Counted from the first letter of the whole stretch, positions 18,799 through 28,656 are shown. The stretch: 63,219 nucleotides of DNA, filler included, from 9 parts of 9 records of this genome joined end to end with filler, not necessarily neighbours in it, one strand, 5' to 3'. Notes: generated from the sequence alone by a model not told the origin. Translations and numbers: made by a program.

Positions 18799-19941
18799 TT
18801 ATTCGTGAAAGTGATCATAAATTTGCTGTGCTATTGCGCGAGAAATGCCGTTAACACTTTCAATGTCTCTTACATCTGCACCTGTCACTGCTTTGGCGGA
18901 CCCAAAATGATGTAAAAGAGCTTTCTTGCGTTTCGGACCAATGCCGGGAACACCGTCCAACGGGGACTTTTTTACATCGGCTGACCGGCGCGCACGGTGG
19001 GTGCCAATGGCAAATCGGTGCGATTCGTCGCGCAGTCGCTGAAGATAATAGAGCACAGGGTCATTCAGGGGCATGGTGAATGTGGGCTTGCCCACCCGGT
19101 GAAATTGTTCGCGGCCTGCATGACGGTCTGGCCCCTTAGATATTGCAACCGTCGGAACATCAGTCACGCCTAGTTCTTCCAAGGTTTCGGTTACGGCAGA
19201 TAGCTGGCCTTTGCCGCCGTCGATAAGAAGCAAGTCAGGCCAATGACCTCGGGCGCGATCTTCATCTTCTTTAAGTAAGCGAGCAAAGCGGCGGCGCAGT
19301 ACTTCGCGCATCATGCCAAAGTCGTCACCCGGTTCCAGCTTTTCGTCTTTAATGTTGAACTTTCGGTAATTGTTTTTCATGAAACCGTCTGGCCCGGCAA
19401 CCACCATGGCCCCCACGGCATTGCTGCCCTGAATATGGCTATTGTCATATATTTCGATGCGGTTAGGCGGGGCGTCCAGATCAAACTTTTCCATAACACC
19501 TTCAAGAAGGCGTGTTTGGCTGGCGCTTTCAGCGAGCTTGCGTTCTACGGCTTCTTTGGCATTACGAACCGCTTCTTGCACGGTCATATATTTTTTGCCG
19601 CGTGCAGGCACTGCAATTTCTACTTTGCGTTCCATACGTTCAGAGAGCGCTGCAGCCAAAAGGGACTGCTCGTCCACTTTATGAGACAGCAAAATAGATT
19701 TGGGCGCAGGTTTGTTATCGTAAAATTGTGCGATGAAAGCGCCTAAAACAGAATGTAGTGTGTCACTTTTATCATGCTTTGGAAAATAAGCTCGGTGGCC
19801 CCAGTTTTGCCCCGCGCGAAAGAAAAAAACCTGAATGCCCACTTGGCCGCCAACTTCTGCAGCGGCGATAACATCTGCTTCGTCCACCATGGCGTTCACC
19901 ATGGTTTGGTGGCTTTGAATTTGAGTAAGGGCGTTTAGTCG
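18799..19941 (-). CDS. uvrC: Excinuclease ABC subunit C, 5' truncated
   Basis: Motifs RIEIYDNSH, DDFGMMREV, PDLLLIDGGKGQ, RDESHRFAI and C-terminal HhH motifs. Confidence 0.96.
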   Translation of the reverse strand, partial: RLNALTQIQSHQTMVNAMVDEADVIAAAEVGGQVGIQVFFFRAGQNWGHRAYFPKHDKSDTLHSVLGAFIAQFYDNKPAPKSILLSHKVDEQSLLAAALSERMERKVEIAVPARGKKYMTVQEAVRNAKEAVERKLAESASQTRLLEGVMEKFDLDAPPNRIEIYDNSHIQGSNAVGAMVVAGPDGFMKNNYRKFNIKDEKLEPGDDFGMMREVLRRRFARLLKEDEDRARGHWPDLLLIDGGKGQLSAVTETLEELGVTDVPTVAISKGPDRHAGREQFHRVGKPTFTMPLNDPVLYYLQRLRDESHRFAIGTHRARRSADVKKSPLDGVPGIGPKRKKALLHHFGSAKAVTGADVRDIESVNGISRAIAQQIYDHFHE

Positions 19942-20042
19942 GNNNNNNNNNNNNNNNNNNNNNNNNNNNNNNNNNNNNNNNNNNNNTTAATTAATTAANN
20001 NNNNNNNNNNNNNNNNNNNNNNNNNNNNNNNNNNNNNNNNNN

Positions 20043-20080
20043 AGCTGTTAGCCTAAGGCTAACAGCTATAGACTGAAATC
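20043..20080. repeat. REP-like perfect palindrome at contig start
   Basis: AGCTGTTAGCCT-A-AGGCTAACAGCT (12-bp arms) followed by ATAGACTGAAATC. Confidence 0.65.
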
Positions 20081-20149
20081 GGATGAACAGTCGCAGTCTA
20101 AAATCTGAGAGAGTCATGGAGGATTCATTGCATTGATTCTTTTTACCCG

Positions 20150-20218
20150 GCGATTAACAAAAACAAGAAACAAGCCGCCCGCCCAACACAGCCGAACGAT
20201 CGGGAGGCGAAGTGCTCA
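20150..20218 (+). repeat. Degenerate dispersed intergenic repeat, copy A
   Basis: GCGATTAACAAAAACAAGAAACAAGCCGCC...GGGAGGCGAAGTGCTCA. Similar copies at 39789, 49331 and 53840 (minus strand). Confidence 0.55.
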
Positions 20219-20912
20219 TGCCAGCAATCTATAACACCGTTTAGTGCGAAATTCCGGCCGCTTATGTACGCGCAGGGGACACTCAGTTTTTAACGAAGAG
20301 AAATTGGGCGGGGAAGTCGTAACCTTGTAAAGAATCTGGCGCAGGCATGCAGCGCTTGGAAACACGTGAATTTTACTCGACTTTTAGCATCTGCACCGAA
20401 AAATGCAGGGTGGGAGGAGTGTATTGTGAACGTGGAGGATTCGACCGCGGCGGTGGCGGGGCGGGCCCCTTTGATCACGCAAAGTTGCGTCCTGTTGTCA
20501 CCTATGGCCAATCGGCATGCCTGTAAGTCTTTGTAAATCAATATTTTATGGCTGTGAGATAAAACGCCCCAATCCTTCCAACTCCAATCCAACACTCAAA
20601 AAACGAACACGCTCCAACTTTCCAGCCTTCCTCAAATCATCCAAACTTCCGTAAATCAGCTGCTGTCTATCCCAACATTACCCCCGCACACGGCCGCTAA
20701 TTCTAGCTTTTTTCGCTGCTAACGCAACAAATCAGCCCCCAGTCCAGTTAGAAACAGTTCGAAGCCGGACGGCGGACAGGCGAGCGACAAAACAACGCAC
20801 CGGCGTCAGTTAACAAAAAATGCGCAGGCTTTAAACCTTTCGCCTTTTGCTGCGCTCTAAGACCAGGAACAAACGCAACGCGCACTTTCGTATATACTGT
20901 GAGGTTTACTGC

Positions 20913-22166
20913 ATGAAATCGACGGCAACATGGCTCAGCCTGAGCATTGCACTGGTTCTACTTACTGCATCCTTCGCCAATAGTCAGGATAAGGACAATC
21001 TGCATAAGCCGCCTATCATGGTGGAGCTGCACCAGGAACTGCATGAATATGTGGGGACGCAATATCTGCAAACGCTCAACAGCTGGCAGAAAACCATCGA
21101 CGCAACTCTGACTGCCGAAGACCTGGCCGAACTGAATGAGTTACGCGCTGAAGCCGCTGAGATGATGGGCATGATTCGCGAACACCTGCAGGAACGCGCT
21201 GGAAGACTCACGCGCGAAGAGCGCGAGGCTAAACGCGCCGAACGCAAAGCCAGGGTCAAGTCCCTCATCGACAAACCCAAAAAGAATTATGTGCTGATGG
21301 CTAAAGTCATTTCAATCGCCGAAAAATATCCCGAATTGTTGGAACAGCTCAAAGCCGACCGGGAAGCGCGAATTGCCTCAGCCAAACCAGCCGCACTGCA
21401 AATCGTGCACGCCTGGGAACGCGATAACGCCACTGCAATCGCCGCCGCGGATGAACGCACTCAACGACGCCTCGAAATCATGAAATACAAGCTGGGTGAC
21501 GAAAATGCCGAAATGCCGGAACGACCAGAGCGCCCAGACCGTGCCGATCGTTCTGACCGTGCTGATCGCCCCGATCGTCCTGACGGATCCGACCGCCCAG
21601 ACCGCGCCGATCGTCCCGATCGCCTTGACCGTGAAGACGCGCGCCGTGAACGCGCTGAAAGACGCGACGGCCCCGAAGGACAAGAGCGCCGTCGCCATCG
21701 TGAGCACAGGCGCAAACGGCATGCAAAACACGGCGGAATTGTTCCGCAACTGGAATCCTTCCATTCAGTATCGCGTATTTTCCTGTGGAACGGCAGTGCT
21801 GAAATGATCGACGGCAGTAGCATGCCTTACTTTCACGATCAGAATGCAGCTAACGCCGACCTTGATTCTGACGCGCAGTTACTGCAAAAACTGGGTGTTG
21901 AAGCCGCCAATATTGGTGTGTATCCGAACCCTGCCTCCGTCCAGGCAACCATCAGTATTGACCTGCCGGCAGATGACACGGTAATTTTATATCTGTTCGA
22001 TACATCAGGACGCGAAATCGCTCGTCTGTACGAAGGTACATTAACAGCCGGTCAGCACGATTTTCAGGTGGATGCTCTGAAGTTAAATCTTAACAGTGGT
22101 GTGTATCACTATCGCCTGGCAGGCCGGACAGCAGCACAAAATGGACAGTTGGTCATTTCTCGTTAA
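20913..22166 (+). CDS. Secreted helical protein with (x-D/E-R)n repeats and T9SS type-A C-terminal sorting domain
   Basis: Signal peptide MKSTATWLSLSIALVLLTASFANS, PERPERPDRADRSDR... tract, and C-terminal VYPNP...LFDTSGREI...SGVYHYRL. Confidence 0.8.
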   Translation: MKSTATWLSLSIALVLLTASFANSQDKDNLHKPPIMVELHQELHEYVGTQYLQTLNSWQKTIDATLTAEDLAELNELRAEAAEMMGMIREHLQERAGRLTREEREAKRAERKARVKSLIDKPKKNYVLMAKVISIAEKYPELLEQLKADREARIASAKPAALQIVHAWERDNATAIAAADERTQRRLEIMKYKLGDENAEMPERPERPDRADRSDRADRPDRPDGSDRPDRADRPDRLDREDARRERAERRDGPEGQERRRHREHRRKRHAKHGGIVPQLESFHSVSRIFLWNGSAEMIDGSSMPYFHDQNAANADLDSDAQLLQKLGVEAANIGVYPNPASVQATISIDLPADDTVILYLFDTSGREIARLYEGTLTAGQHDFQVDALKLNLNSGVYHYRLAGRTAAQNGQLVISR

Positions 22167-22216
22167 GTATTAGAGAATTCAAGTGATCAACATTTGAGCA
22201 AGTGTGTTTGCTCCTG

Positions 22217-22251
22217 AAAGCGGCGCTCGATATACTATCGGCGCCGCTTTT
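22217..22251. terminator. Bidirectional intrinsic terminator
   Basis: AAAGCGGCGC-TCGATATACTATCG-GCGCCGCTTTT between convergent genes. Confidence 0.75.
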
Positions 22252-22309
22252 GATTTTTAAGCACAATAGTTAACTGGATCAACGGTTCACCGGATCAACA
22301 GTTAAACAG

Positions 22310-23056
22310 TCACGGAATCTGCGTCAGTGAACCGCTTCCGCTGATATTCGAATCGATTTGTGGATCACCGCGATAGGCTACATTACCACTGCCTGAAATC
22401 TTAACATTGAGTTCATCTTCGGCCCAGATGCGACAGTTTGCATTGCCCGAGATATCAATATCAGTTGTTTTGGTCTCGAACTGCGCCGCCGAAACACTTG
22501 CATTTCCACTCACGACGATATCGTGTTCAGTTGCCGATCCATTCAGGTTGACTTCGGCATTGCCCAGAATCGTCGATGACAGTCTACTGCTGCGCAGCGC
22601 CATGTCAATCTCGGCTGAACCGGAGACTTCAACCTGAAGACTCGCAAACTCAAGTGTTCCGAGTGACGTAATCGAACTTGAGCCTGAAATTGTGATCTTC
22701 TCCAAATCTGGAACGGCCAGCTCCACACGCATTGGCCGCTGAGTGCTGATACAACGCTCATTGCGAATATGCAATTCGTCCTTGCGATACGTATAAATGA
22801 TATGTTCTATCAGGTTATCGTCAATCGTAATCGAAAGCGAGGGAATATCCGCTTGGGATAAAATGATGTCTGCGTTGCCGCTTAGCCGCAACTCCGTAAA
22901 CGGATCCGTTTCAATTTCAAAGGTCTCAGAAACGCCGCTACCTTCTTCACAGTCGTCATCCAGGTCGATTTCGCAGCCCGCAGCAAAGCTCGTCAGCAGG
23001 CAGGTAGCTGCCAGCAGAGCCAGTCGGCGGTAGCCATATATATATGTAATCTTCAT
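22310..23056 (-). CDS. DUF2807 (head GIN domain) lipoprotein
   Basis: Lipobox FAAGC, DDNLIEHI, repeated ISGS/VSGN beta-helix units and ISGSGNVAYRGDP. Confidence 0.88.
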   Translation of the reverse strand: MKITYIYGYRRLALLAATCLLTSFAAGCEIDLDDDCEEGSGVSETFEIETDPFTELRLSGNADIILSQADIPSLSITIDDNLIEHIIYTYRKDELHIRNERCISTQRPMRVELAVPDLEKITISGSSSITSLGTLEFASLQVEVSGSAEIDMALRSSRLSSTILGNAEVNLNGSATEHDIVVSGNASVSAAQFETKTTDIDISGNANCRIWAEDELNVKISGSGNVAYRGDPQIDSNISGSGSLTQIP

Positions 23057-23404
23057 ATTCAATTTTCCCACTAAGCAACGTGCAGAGCAATAACCGGACG
23101 AACAATTTATAACGTCTGCCGACAATTGTGAAATTGTGGGACATAAAACCCACAATTCAGCTCAAAATGGTTCATTTTCAGCATGTGTTTGCCTTTCTTG
23201 CGGCGGCAGGCAACCGCAATGATATAGAAATTGCAGCGAGTATGGCACTTGCAAGCCTCAGGCCACATGTGCTGTGCCCTGATCTATGGCAAAGCTGCCA
23301 GAAATTCGTAACTTCCGCCATACGCAGCTTGTGGGCTACAAATCAAGGGCTGCGAACACTCTTCGCTTACGACAACGATTTTTGCACGTCAACCAGGATT
23401 CTGA

Positions 23405-25222
23405 ATGAATGTTGCGGGGAAAACGACCGCCGGCGTCAGGTTTAGCCTTGCTGCCGCTTGTCTGTTAGGACTGTTTGCCACCCAGGCGCATGCGCAGATG
23501 TTTGTGCGCGACCTGGAAGATCCGGCCGCCAACGACGGTGGAGATTCTTACGGTTGTAGTCTTGTTGATTTTAATGGAGATGGTTATGTAGATCTCTTTG
23601 TTGCCAATGAAGGCACGGCTTTGGAGCCGGCGCGCAACTTTGTGTATCTCAATGACGGTGCCGGCAACTTCTTCAGAACCAACGGTTTTGCGATGAGCGT
23701 CCTGCCCGGCATGTCGCGCGCAGGCCTTTGGGCTGATGTTAATAATGACGGACTGCTTGATCTCTTCGTCGTTAACCGCGACTATCAGCACAACTTTTTC
23801 TACCAAAATATCGGAACGCCCACCGAGCCTGACTTCGAGCAGATTTTTGTTGGTCCACATGTTAATGATGGCATCGACGAAAACGTCTTTTCCGGCAGCT
23901 CACTTGATGCCGACATTGGCGATTACAATCTCGATGGATTTCTGGATATCATAGTTGTCAATCGCGATCGCGAGCGCAACTTCCTCTTCCGCAATCAGGC
24001 GGGCAACGGTTTTCAGCGCATCAATGGGCTGGCAATCACAGAGGATCGTGAAGCCAGCCGCGGTTGTTCCTGGTTTGATGTTGATGATGATGGTGATCTG
24101 GATCTCTACGTCTTTAACGATCGCCAGCCAAACACCATGTATCGCAATAACCTCGATGACAACGATTGGACGCGCCGCGTTGGTGGTGCATTACCGCTCG
24201 TGGAAGGCCGCGCGCGCGGAGTCGCTTGGGGTGATTACGACAACGACGGTCTCATTGATGCAGTCGTCATTCACAGCAATGAGCTCAACCTGGTCTACAA
24301 AAATTTTGGCGGTGGATTCTTCCGTTACCAGCCCGAGTCCCTGCCGGCTACCGAAGGTGGCGCTTGTGTGAGTGCTGCCTGGGGTGACTACGACAACGAT
24401 GCCGATCTGGATTTGATTATCAGCAATACCAATGACCGCAACATTATGTACAATAATGACGGCGGCGTATTTACACGTGTCAACGATGAGCCGCCCGCGC
24501 AGGACATCAGCGGCGCAACTGGATTGGCCTTTGCCGATATCAACAATGATGGTTTCCTCGATCTGTTTGTGAGTAATCGCAACGAAGAGAACAACCAACT
24601 CTATCGCAATCAAACCAACGGCAACAACTGGGTTAAGGTCAGGCTGCGTGGTTTTGGCTCCAACCGTCAGGGTGTAGGCTCCGTCATTCGTGTCACGGCT
24701 GAAATTAATGGTGAGACACTCGTGCAAACTCGCACGCTCACAACGCGTTCCGGTCCGCTTTCACAATCTGGTCTGGAAGCGCACTTTGGGCTTAACACGG
24801 CCGACGCCATTACTGAAATCTCGGTGCAGTTTCCCAGCGGTGACGTGCAAACGCTGAGTAATCCCGCCGTTAACACGCGTCATCTGATCGAGGAATCGCC
24901 AACGACTTCGGTAGCTTATGCCGCCGCCGACGCAATCGATTTTGCCCTTGCTCCACATCCACTTAACCCGGGAAGCATGCAGAGTGCCACAATTTCCTGG
25001 GCACAGCCGCAGGCAGGCCAGGTCTCGTTTGCGCTCTACGCACAGGATGGCTCATTGGTAGCCAACGTTCCCGCACGCTGGTTTGAAGCGGGTTCCGCCA
25101 GGGTACAACTTTCCGATCTGCAAATGGTCGCCGGTGGCCGCATCGCCGCCGGTGTTTACTTGCTTCGCCTCACGAGCAACGCGCGTAGTTTTGACGCCGC
25201 AATCGTAATTGGTAGCCTGTAA
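23405..25222 (+). CDS. FG-GAP repeat (CRTAC1 / ASPIC-UnbV) secreted protein with C-terminal sorting-like domain
   Basis: Seven DxNxDGxxD / DYDNDxD motifs, NRQGVGS...AHFGL ASPIC-UnbV region and a T9SS-like tail (AGVYLLRL). Confidence 0.88.
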   Translation: MNVAGKTTAGVRFSLAAACLLGLFATQAHAQMFVRDLEDPAANDGGDSYGCSLVDFNGDGYVDLFVANEGTALEPARNFVYLNDGAGNFFRTNGFAMSVLPGMSRAGLWADVNNDGLLDLFVVNRDYQHNFFYQNIGTPTEPDFEQIFVGPHVNDGIDENVFSGSSLDADIGDYNLDGFLDIIVVNRDRERNFLFRNQAGNGFQRINGLAITEDREASRGCSWFDVDDDGDLDLYVFNDRQPNTMYRNNLDDNDWTRRVGGALPLVEGRARGVAWGDYDNDGLIDAVVIHSNELNLVYKNFGGGFFRYQPESLPATEGGACVSAAWGDYDNDADLDLIISNTNDRNIMYNNDGGVFTRVNDEPPAQDISGATGLAFADINNDGFLDLFVSNRNEENNQLYRNQTNGNNWVKVRLRGFGSNRQGVGSVIRVTAEINGETLVQTRTLTTRSGPLSQSGLEAHFGLNTADAITEISVQFPSGDVQTLSNPAVNTRHLIEESPTTSVAYAAADAIDFALAPHPLNPGSMQSATISWAQPQAGQVSFALYAQDGSLVANVPARWFEAGSARVQLSDLQMVAGGRIAAGVYLLRLTSNARSFDAAIVIGSL

Positions 25223-25335
25223 CGGCGGCAATCAAGTTTCAGCCCGACTTCAAAAAATTTTTCTGCGTTAGCAGGGTGCGCAGCCCCTTTTTTGGGTCTG
25301 CTTTTTATGACCTTCTTGTTTGGCATTGAGTACAC

Positions 25336-28176
25336 ATGCACAATCAAAACAGTAAACCCCACATGGTCAATTCTCACGATAAAAATCTGTCCTGGCTGCA
25401 ACCGGTGCTTATGCTCCTTGTAGTCGGCACTATAGCAGTCTGGCAGTCTGCAAGTGAAGCTCCACAGTCAGCGCCTGTCAGCGATGACATGGGCCCCAGT
25501 ATCGGCAGCGAGGATAATCCCTACGCACGCGCCGACTTTGAATGGTTGCAACTGCGCGACCCGCAGACTGGAGACTTTCCGCCCAACATCACTTTGCGCG
25601 AACGCAACTATGCAGCGACGCTGCCGGTAAAATCCAGCAGCGCGTTTAACAAAGTTGGCGGCGAGCCCGGCGCTCCCATTTTTGAATGGACCAAACGCGG
25701 CCCTGCCAATGTCTCCGGTCGCACACGTGCGATTGGCATCGACGTCAGCAATCCCGACGTTCTGATTGCTGGTGCGGTGTCCGGCGGAATGTGGCGCTCG
25801 GCCGATGGCGGCGCATCCTGGGACAAAACAACCGATCCAAATGAGATTCACAGCGTGACCGGTATTGCGCAGGACACACGCGAAGGTTTCCAGAATATCT
25901 GGTATTACTGTAGCGGCGAACTCGTCGGCAACTCCGCTTCCAGCAGCTCCGGCGCTGTCTCATTCTACTATGGTGACGGCGTCCACAAATCGACTGACGG
26001 TGGCCGTTCCTGGAGCCGACTCGAAGCAACCGCCGGCGCCAGTTCCGTTGTATTTGATACGCCTTTTGACATTTGCTGGCGCGTAGTTGTTAACCCCGTC
26101 GCCGAAGGTGATGGGGAAGTCTACGTGGCAACTCACACCGGTATTCAGCGCAGCACAGACGGTGGCGCTACCTGGACACAAGTGCTGGGCGACGAATTCG
26201 GAAGTGGATCAGCAACTTCGCAATTCACCGACATCGCTGTCAGCCCAACAGGCGTATTCTACGCCACTTTTAGCTCTGAAAACAGCACCGATGGTGTCTT
26301 CCGTTCAGAAGACGGTGTTAACTGGACCGATATCTCACCTGATGTTTTACTGGGGCCACACACAGTCCGTCGTATCGTACTCGATATCGCGCCTGCCGAT
26401 GAAAATGTCGTCTACTTCTACGCAAACACTCCTGGTTACGGCTTCCGCGACGTTACCTTCCTGAAGTACACTTACATAAGTGGCGACGGTTCGGCTGACG
26501 GTGGATTCTGGGAAGAACGCTGGCAGAACCTGCCTGCGCTTCCAGGGCGCGGTACACTTAACACTCAAACATCGTACAACATGATTGTGCGTTCGCATCC
26601 CAACGATGTTAACACAGTTTACATTGGTGGAACGGCACTGTTCCGTTCTACCGACGGTTTTACGTCATTGAACAACACAACGCGCATCGGTGGATTTGGT
26701 GCTACACTGGGACAGTACATTGACTATCCTAATCACCATGCTGATCAGCACAATCTGAAATTTTATCCCGGCAATCCAGACCGCATGCTCAGCTCGAATG
26801 ATGCCGGCGTCTGGCGCACCGAAAACAATCGTGCCGAACCGCTTGAGTGGGAGAACCTGAACAACGGTTTAACAACCACGCAGTTCTACACGTTGGCAAT
26901 CGACAAATCTACTGCCGGTTCCAACTATCTGATGGGCGGCTTGCAGGATCGCGGTACCTGGTACACTACCGAAGGTGACGGGGAAGCAGCCTGGCGCCGT
27001 ATGCGCGGTGCGGACGGCGCCTTCCAGGCTGTTGGTGAAAACGGAACGGCATATTACACGTCAATTCAGCTGGGACCAATGTATCGTTATCGACTGGACG
27101 AGAACGGCAACTCGGTTAACCCAACCCGCATTGATCCAATTGGCGGCCGTGACTACCTCTTCATCAATCCATTTGCGATGGATCCAAATGACGACCGTAT
27201 CATGTATACGCTTGCCGGTCGTTTCATCTGGCGTAACGACGATCTCTCAGCTATTCCAGACGATAATCCAAATGCAACTGCGATCAACTGGAACCTGCTT
27301 GAAAATTCCAATGTAGGCCAGCGCTACACGGCGATTTCCGTCGCTACAACGCCGGCGAACCGCATCTATGCCAGCGCGCTTAACGGTGCGGTTGTGCGCG
27401 TCGATAATGCCGATCAAAACGATGCAACCTTTGAGAATGTCGGTGCCGGCAAAGGGCTGCCGGGTGGCAATGCATTCCTGCAGTGCATAGCCATTGATCC
27501 CAAAGATGGCGATCATGCAATCCTGGTCTATACCAGCTATCGAGTTATAAGCCTCTGGGCCACCTTCGACGCCGGCGAAACCTGGGCTCCGGTTGCCGGA
27601 AACCTGGAAGAAAATCCAGATGGCAGCGGCGCCGGGCCTTCCACTCGCTGGGCCGACATCGTGCACGACGGGGAAGAGACCTACTACTTTGTGGGGACAT
27701 CCACCGGTTTGTATTCAACTACCGTCCTGGACGGTGCCAATACAATCTGGGCACGCGAAGCTCCGGAGTTGATCGGCAATACGGTTGTCACGATGATTAC
27801 ATCACGTGCTGTAGATGGTCACATCGCGATTGCTACGCACGGTGGCGGCATGTACAGTACAAGTGTGCTGGCTTCGGTTGAAGATGGCAGCCGGGCACAG
27901 CAGGACTTGTTTGCGCTCGAAGAACCATACCCAAATCCCGTTGAGGCTCAGACAACTCTGGCCTTCACGAATGAAGTCCGCATGCCGCTTAACTTAACAG
28001 TCTATGATCTGCAGGGAAGAGTCGTGGCTCAACCGCTTGCCGGTCAGGTTCTTGAGGCCGGCCGTCACACCTTCAGCATCAACGCGCGCAACTTAAACAT
28101 GGCTCCGGGCCGCTATTATGTAATTCTCGAGGCTCAGGGACAGCAGCGTGGAACGGCGCTGACTGTGGTGCGCTAG
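25336..28176 (+). CDS. Secreted BNR/Asp-box (VPS10/sialidase-like) beta-propeller protein with T9SS sorting domain
   Basis: GPANVSGRTRA, repeated SxDGGxSW Asp boxes, HADQH, GGLQDRGT, ATHGGG and PYPNP...YDLQGR. Confidence 0.88.
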   Translation: MHNQNSKPHMVNSHDKNLSWLQPVLMLLVVGTIAVWQSASEAPQSAPVSDDMGPSIGSEDNPYARADFEWLQLRDPQTGDFPPNITLRERNYAATLPVKSSSAFNKVGGEPGAPIFEWTKRGPANVSGRTRAIGIDVSNPDVLIAGAVSGGMWRSADGGASWDKTTDPNEIHSVTGIAQDTREGFQNIWYYCSGELVGNSASSSSGAVSFYYGDGVHKSTDGGRSWSRLEATAGASSVVFDTPFDICWRVVVNPVAEGDGEVYVATHTGIQRSTDGGATWTQVLGDEFGSGSATSQFTDIAVSPTGVFYATFSSENSTDGVFRSEDGVNWTDISPDVLLGPHTVRRIVLDIAPADENVVYFYANTPGYGFRDVTFLKYTYISGDGSADGGFWEERWQNLPALPGRGTLNTQTSYNMIVRSHPNDVNTVYIGGTALFRSTDGFTSLNNTTRIGGFGATLGQYIDYPNHHADQHNLKFYPGNPDRMLSSNDAGVWRTENNRAEPLEWENLNNGLTTTQFYTLAIDKSTAGSNYLMGGLQDRGTWYTTEGDGEAAWRRMRGADGAFQAVGENGTAYYTSIQLGPMYRYRLDENGNSVNPTRIDPIGGRDYLFINPFAMDPNDDRIMYTLAGRFIWRNDDLSAIPDDNPNATAINWNLLENSNVGQRYTAISVATTPANRIYASALNGAVVRVDNADQNDATFENVGAGKGLPGGNAFLQCIAIDPKDGDHAILVYTSYRVISLWATFDAGETWAPVAGNLEENPDGSGAGPSTRWADIVHDGEETYYFVGTSTGLYSTTVLDGANTIWAREAPELIGNTVVTMITSRAVDGHIAIATHGGGMYSTSVLASVEDGSRAQQDLFALEEPYPNPVEAQTTLAFTNEVRMPLNLTVYDLQGRVVAQPLAGQVLEAGRHTFSINARNLNMAPGRYYVILEAQGQQRGTALTVVR

Positions 28177-28232
28177 TCTTCTTAACGCTGTAAGCAAGTG
28201 CCAGAACTGTTTAGCGTGTTAACAATCTTCCT

Positions 28233-28268
28233 AAGCCGCCAGACTCAACGAGTTTGGCGGCTTTTTTG
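28233..28268 (+). terminator. Intrinsic terminator
   Basis: AAGCCGCCAGACTC-AAC-GAGTTTGGCGGCTTTTTT downstream of the propeller gene. Confidence 0.8.
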
Positions 28269-28511
28269 ATTTTGATGTCTGGTATATAAGAATGTAACAG
28301 ATGTGTTGAGTGCTCCCAAAAATTGTTGAGACTTCCGCGAAAAGTCTCAAGACCCTGGTTCTTGTGGCACAAGAATTGCTCGGCTTCACACAATCGCTTG
28401 GCACTGATTGTGTGCCGCTTAACTCGATGAGTGGTCCGCTGGTGCTTTTAACCTTGCAGATTTGAGTGCTCAGACTGGGTGATAAAAAGATTTCAAGTTG
28501 ATTCAAAACCA

Positions 28512-28532
28512 CCGGGTCGAGCCCTAAGGGCT
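28512..28532. repeat. REP-like palindrome truncated at contig end
   Basis: CCGGGTCGAGCCCT-A-AGGGCT. Its reverse complement shares 17 nt (CTTAGGGCTCGACCCGG) with 49071-49087. Confidence 0.7.
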
Positions 28533-28632
28533 NNNNNNNNNNNNNNNNNNNNNNNNNNNNNNNNNNNNNNNNNNNNTTAATTAATTAANNNNNNNNNNNN
28601 NNNNNNNNNNNNNNNNNNNNNNNNNNNNNNNN

Positions 28633-28656
28633 AGCGACCAATTGGTCGCTTTTTTT
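28633..28656. terminator. Terminator-like palindrome
   Basis: Perfect 18-bp palindrome AGCGACCAATTGGTCGCT plus a T-run, downstream of the SPOR gene. Confidence 0.6.

Noticed and set aside
20043-20080. Palindrome ending in TGAAAT as a CRISPR repeat
   Set aside because: No second copy at spacer distance and no cas genes in the window. Treated as REP-like, though an array beyond the contig end cannot be excluded.
20290-20595. ORFs in long intergenic regions (also 23128-23445, 49151-49495, 51903-52187)
   Set aside because: No motifs, atypical composition or overlap with repeats and hairpins. Likely non-coding.
21378-21823. Repetitive antisense ORFs (SGRSARSGRS, IGTIGAVWAV)
   Set aside because: Mirror translations of the (x-D/E-R)n tract of the plus-strand gene.
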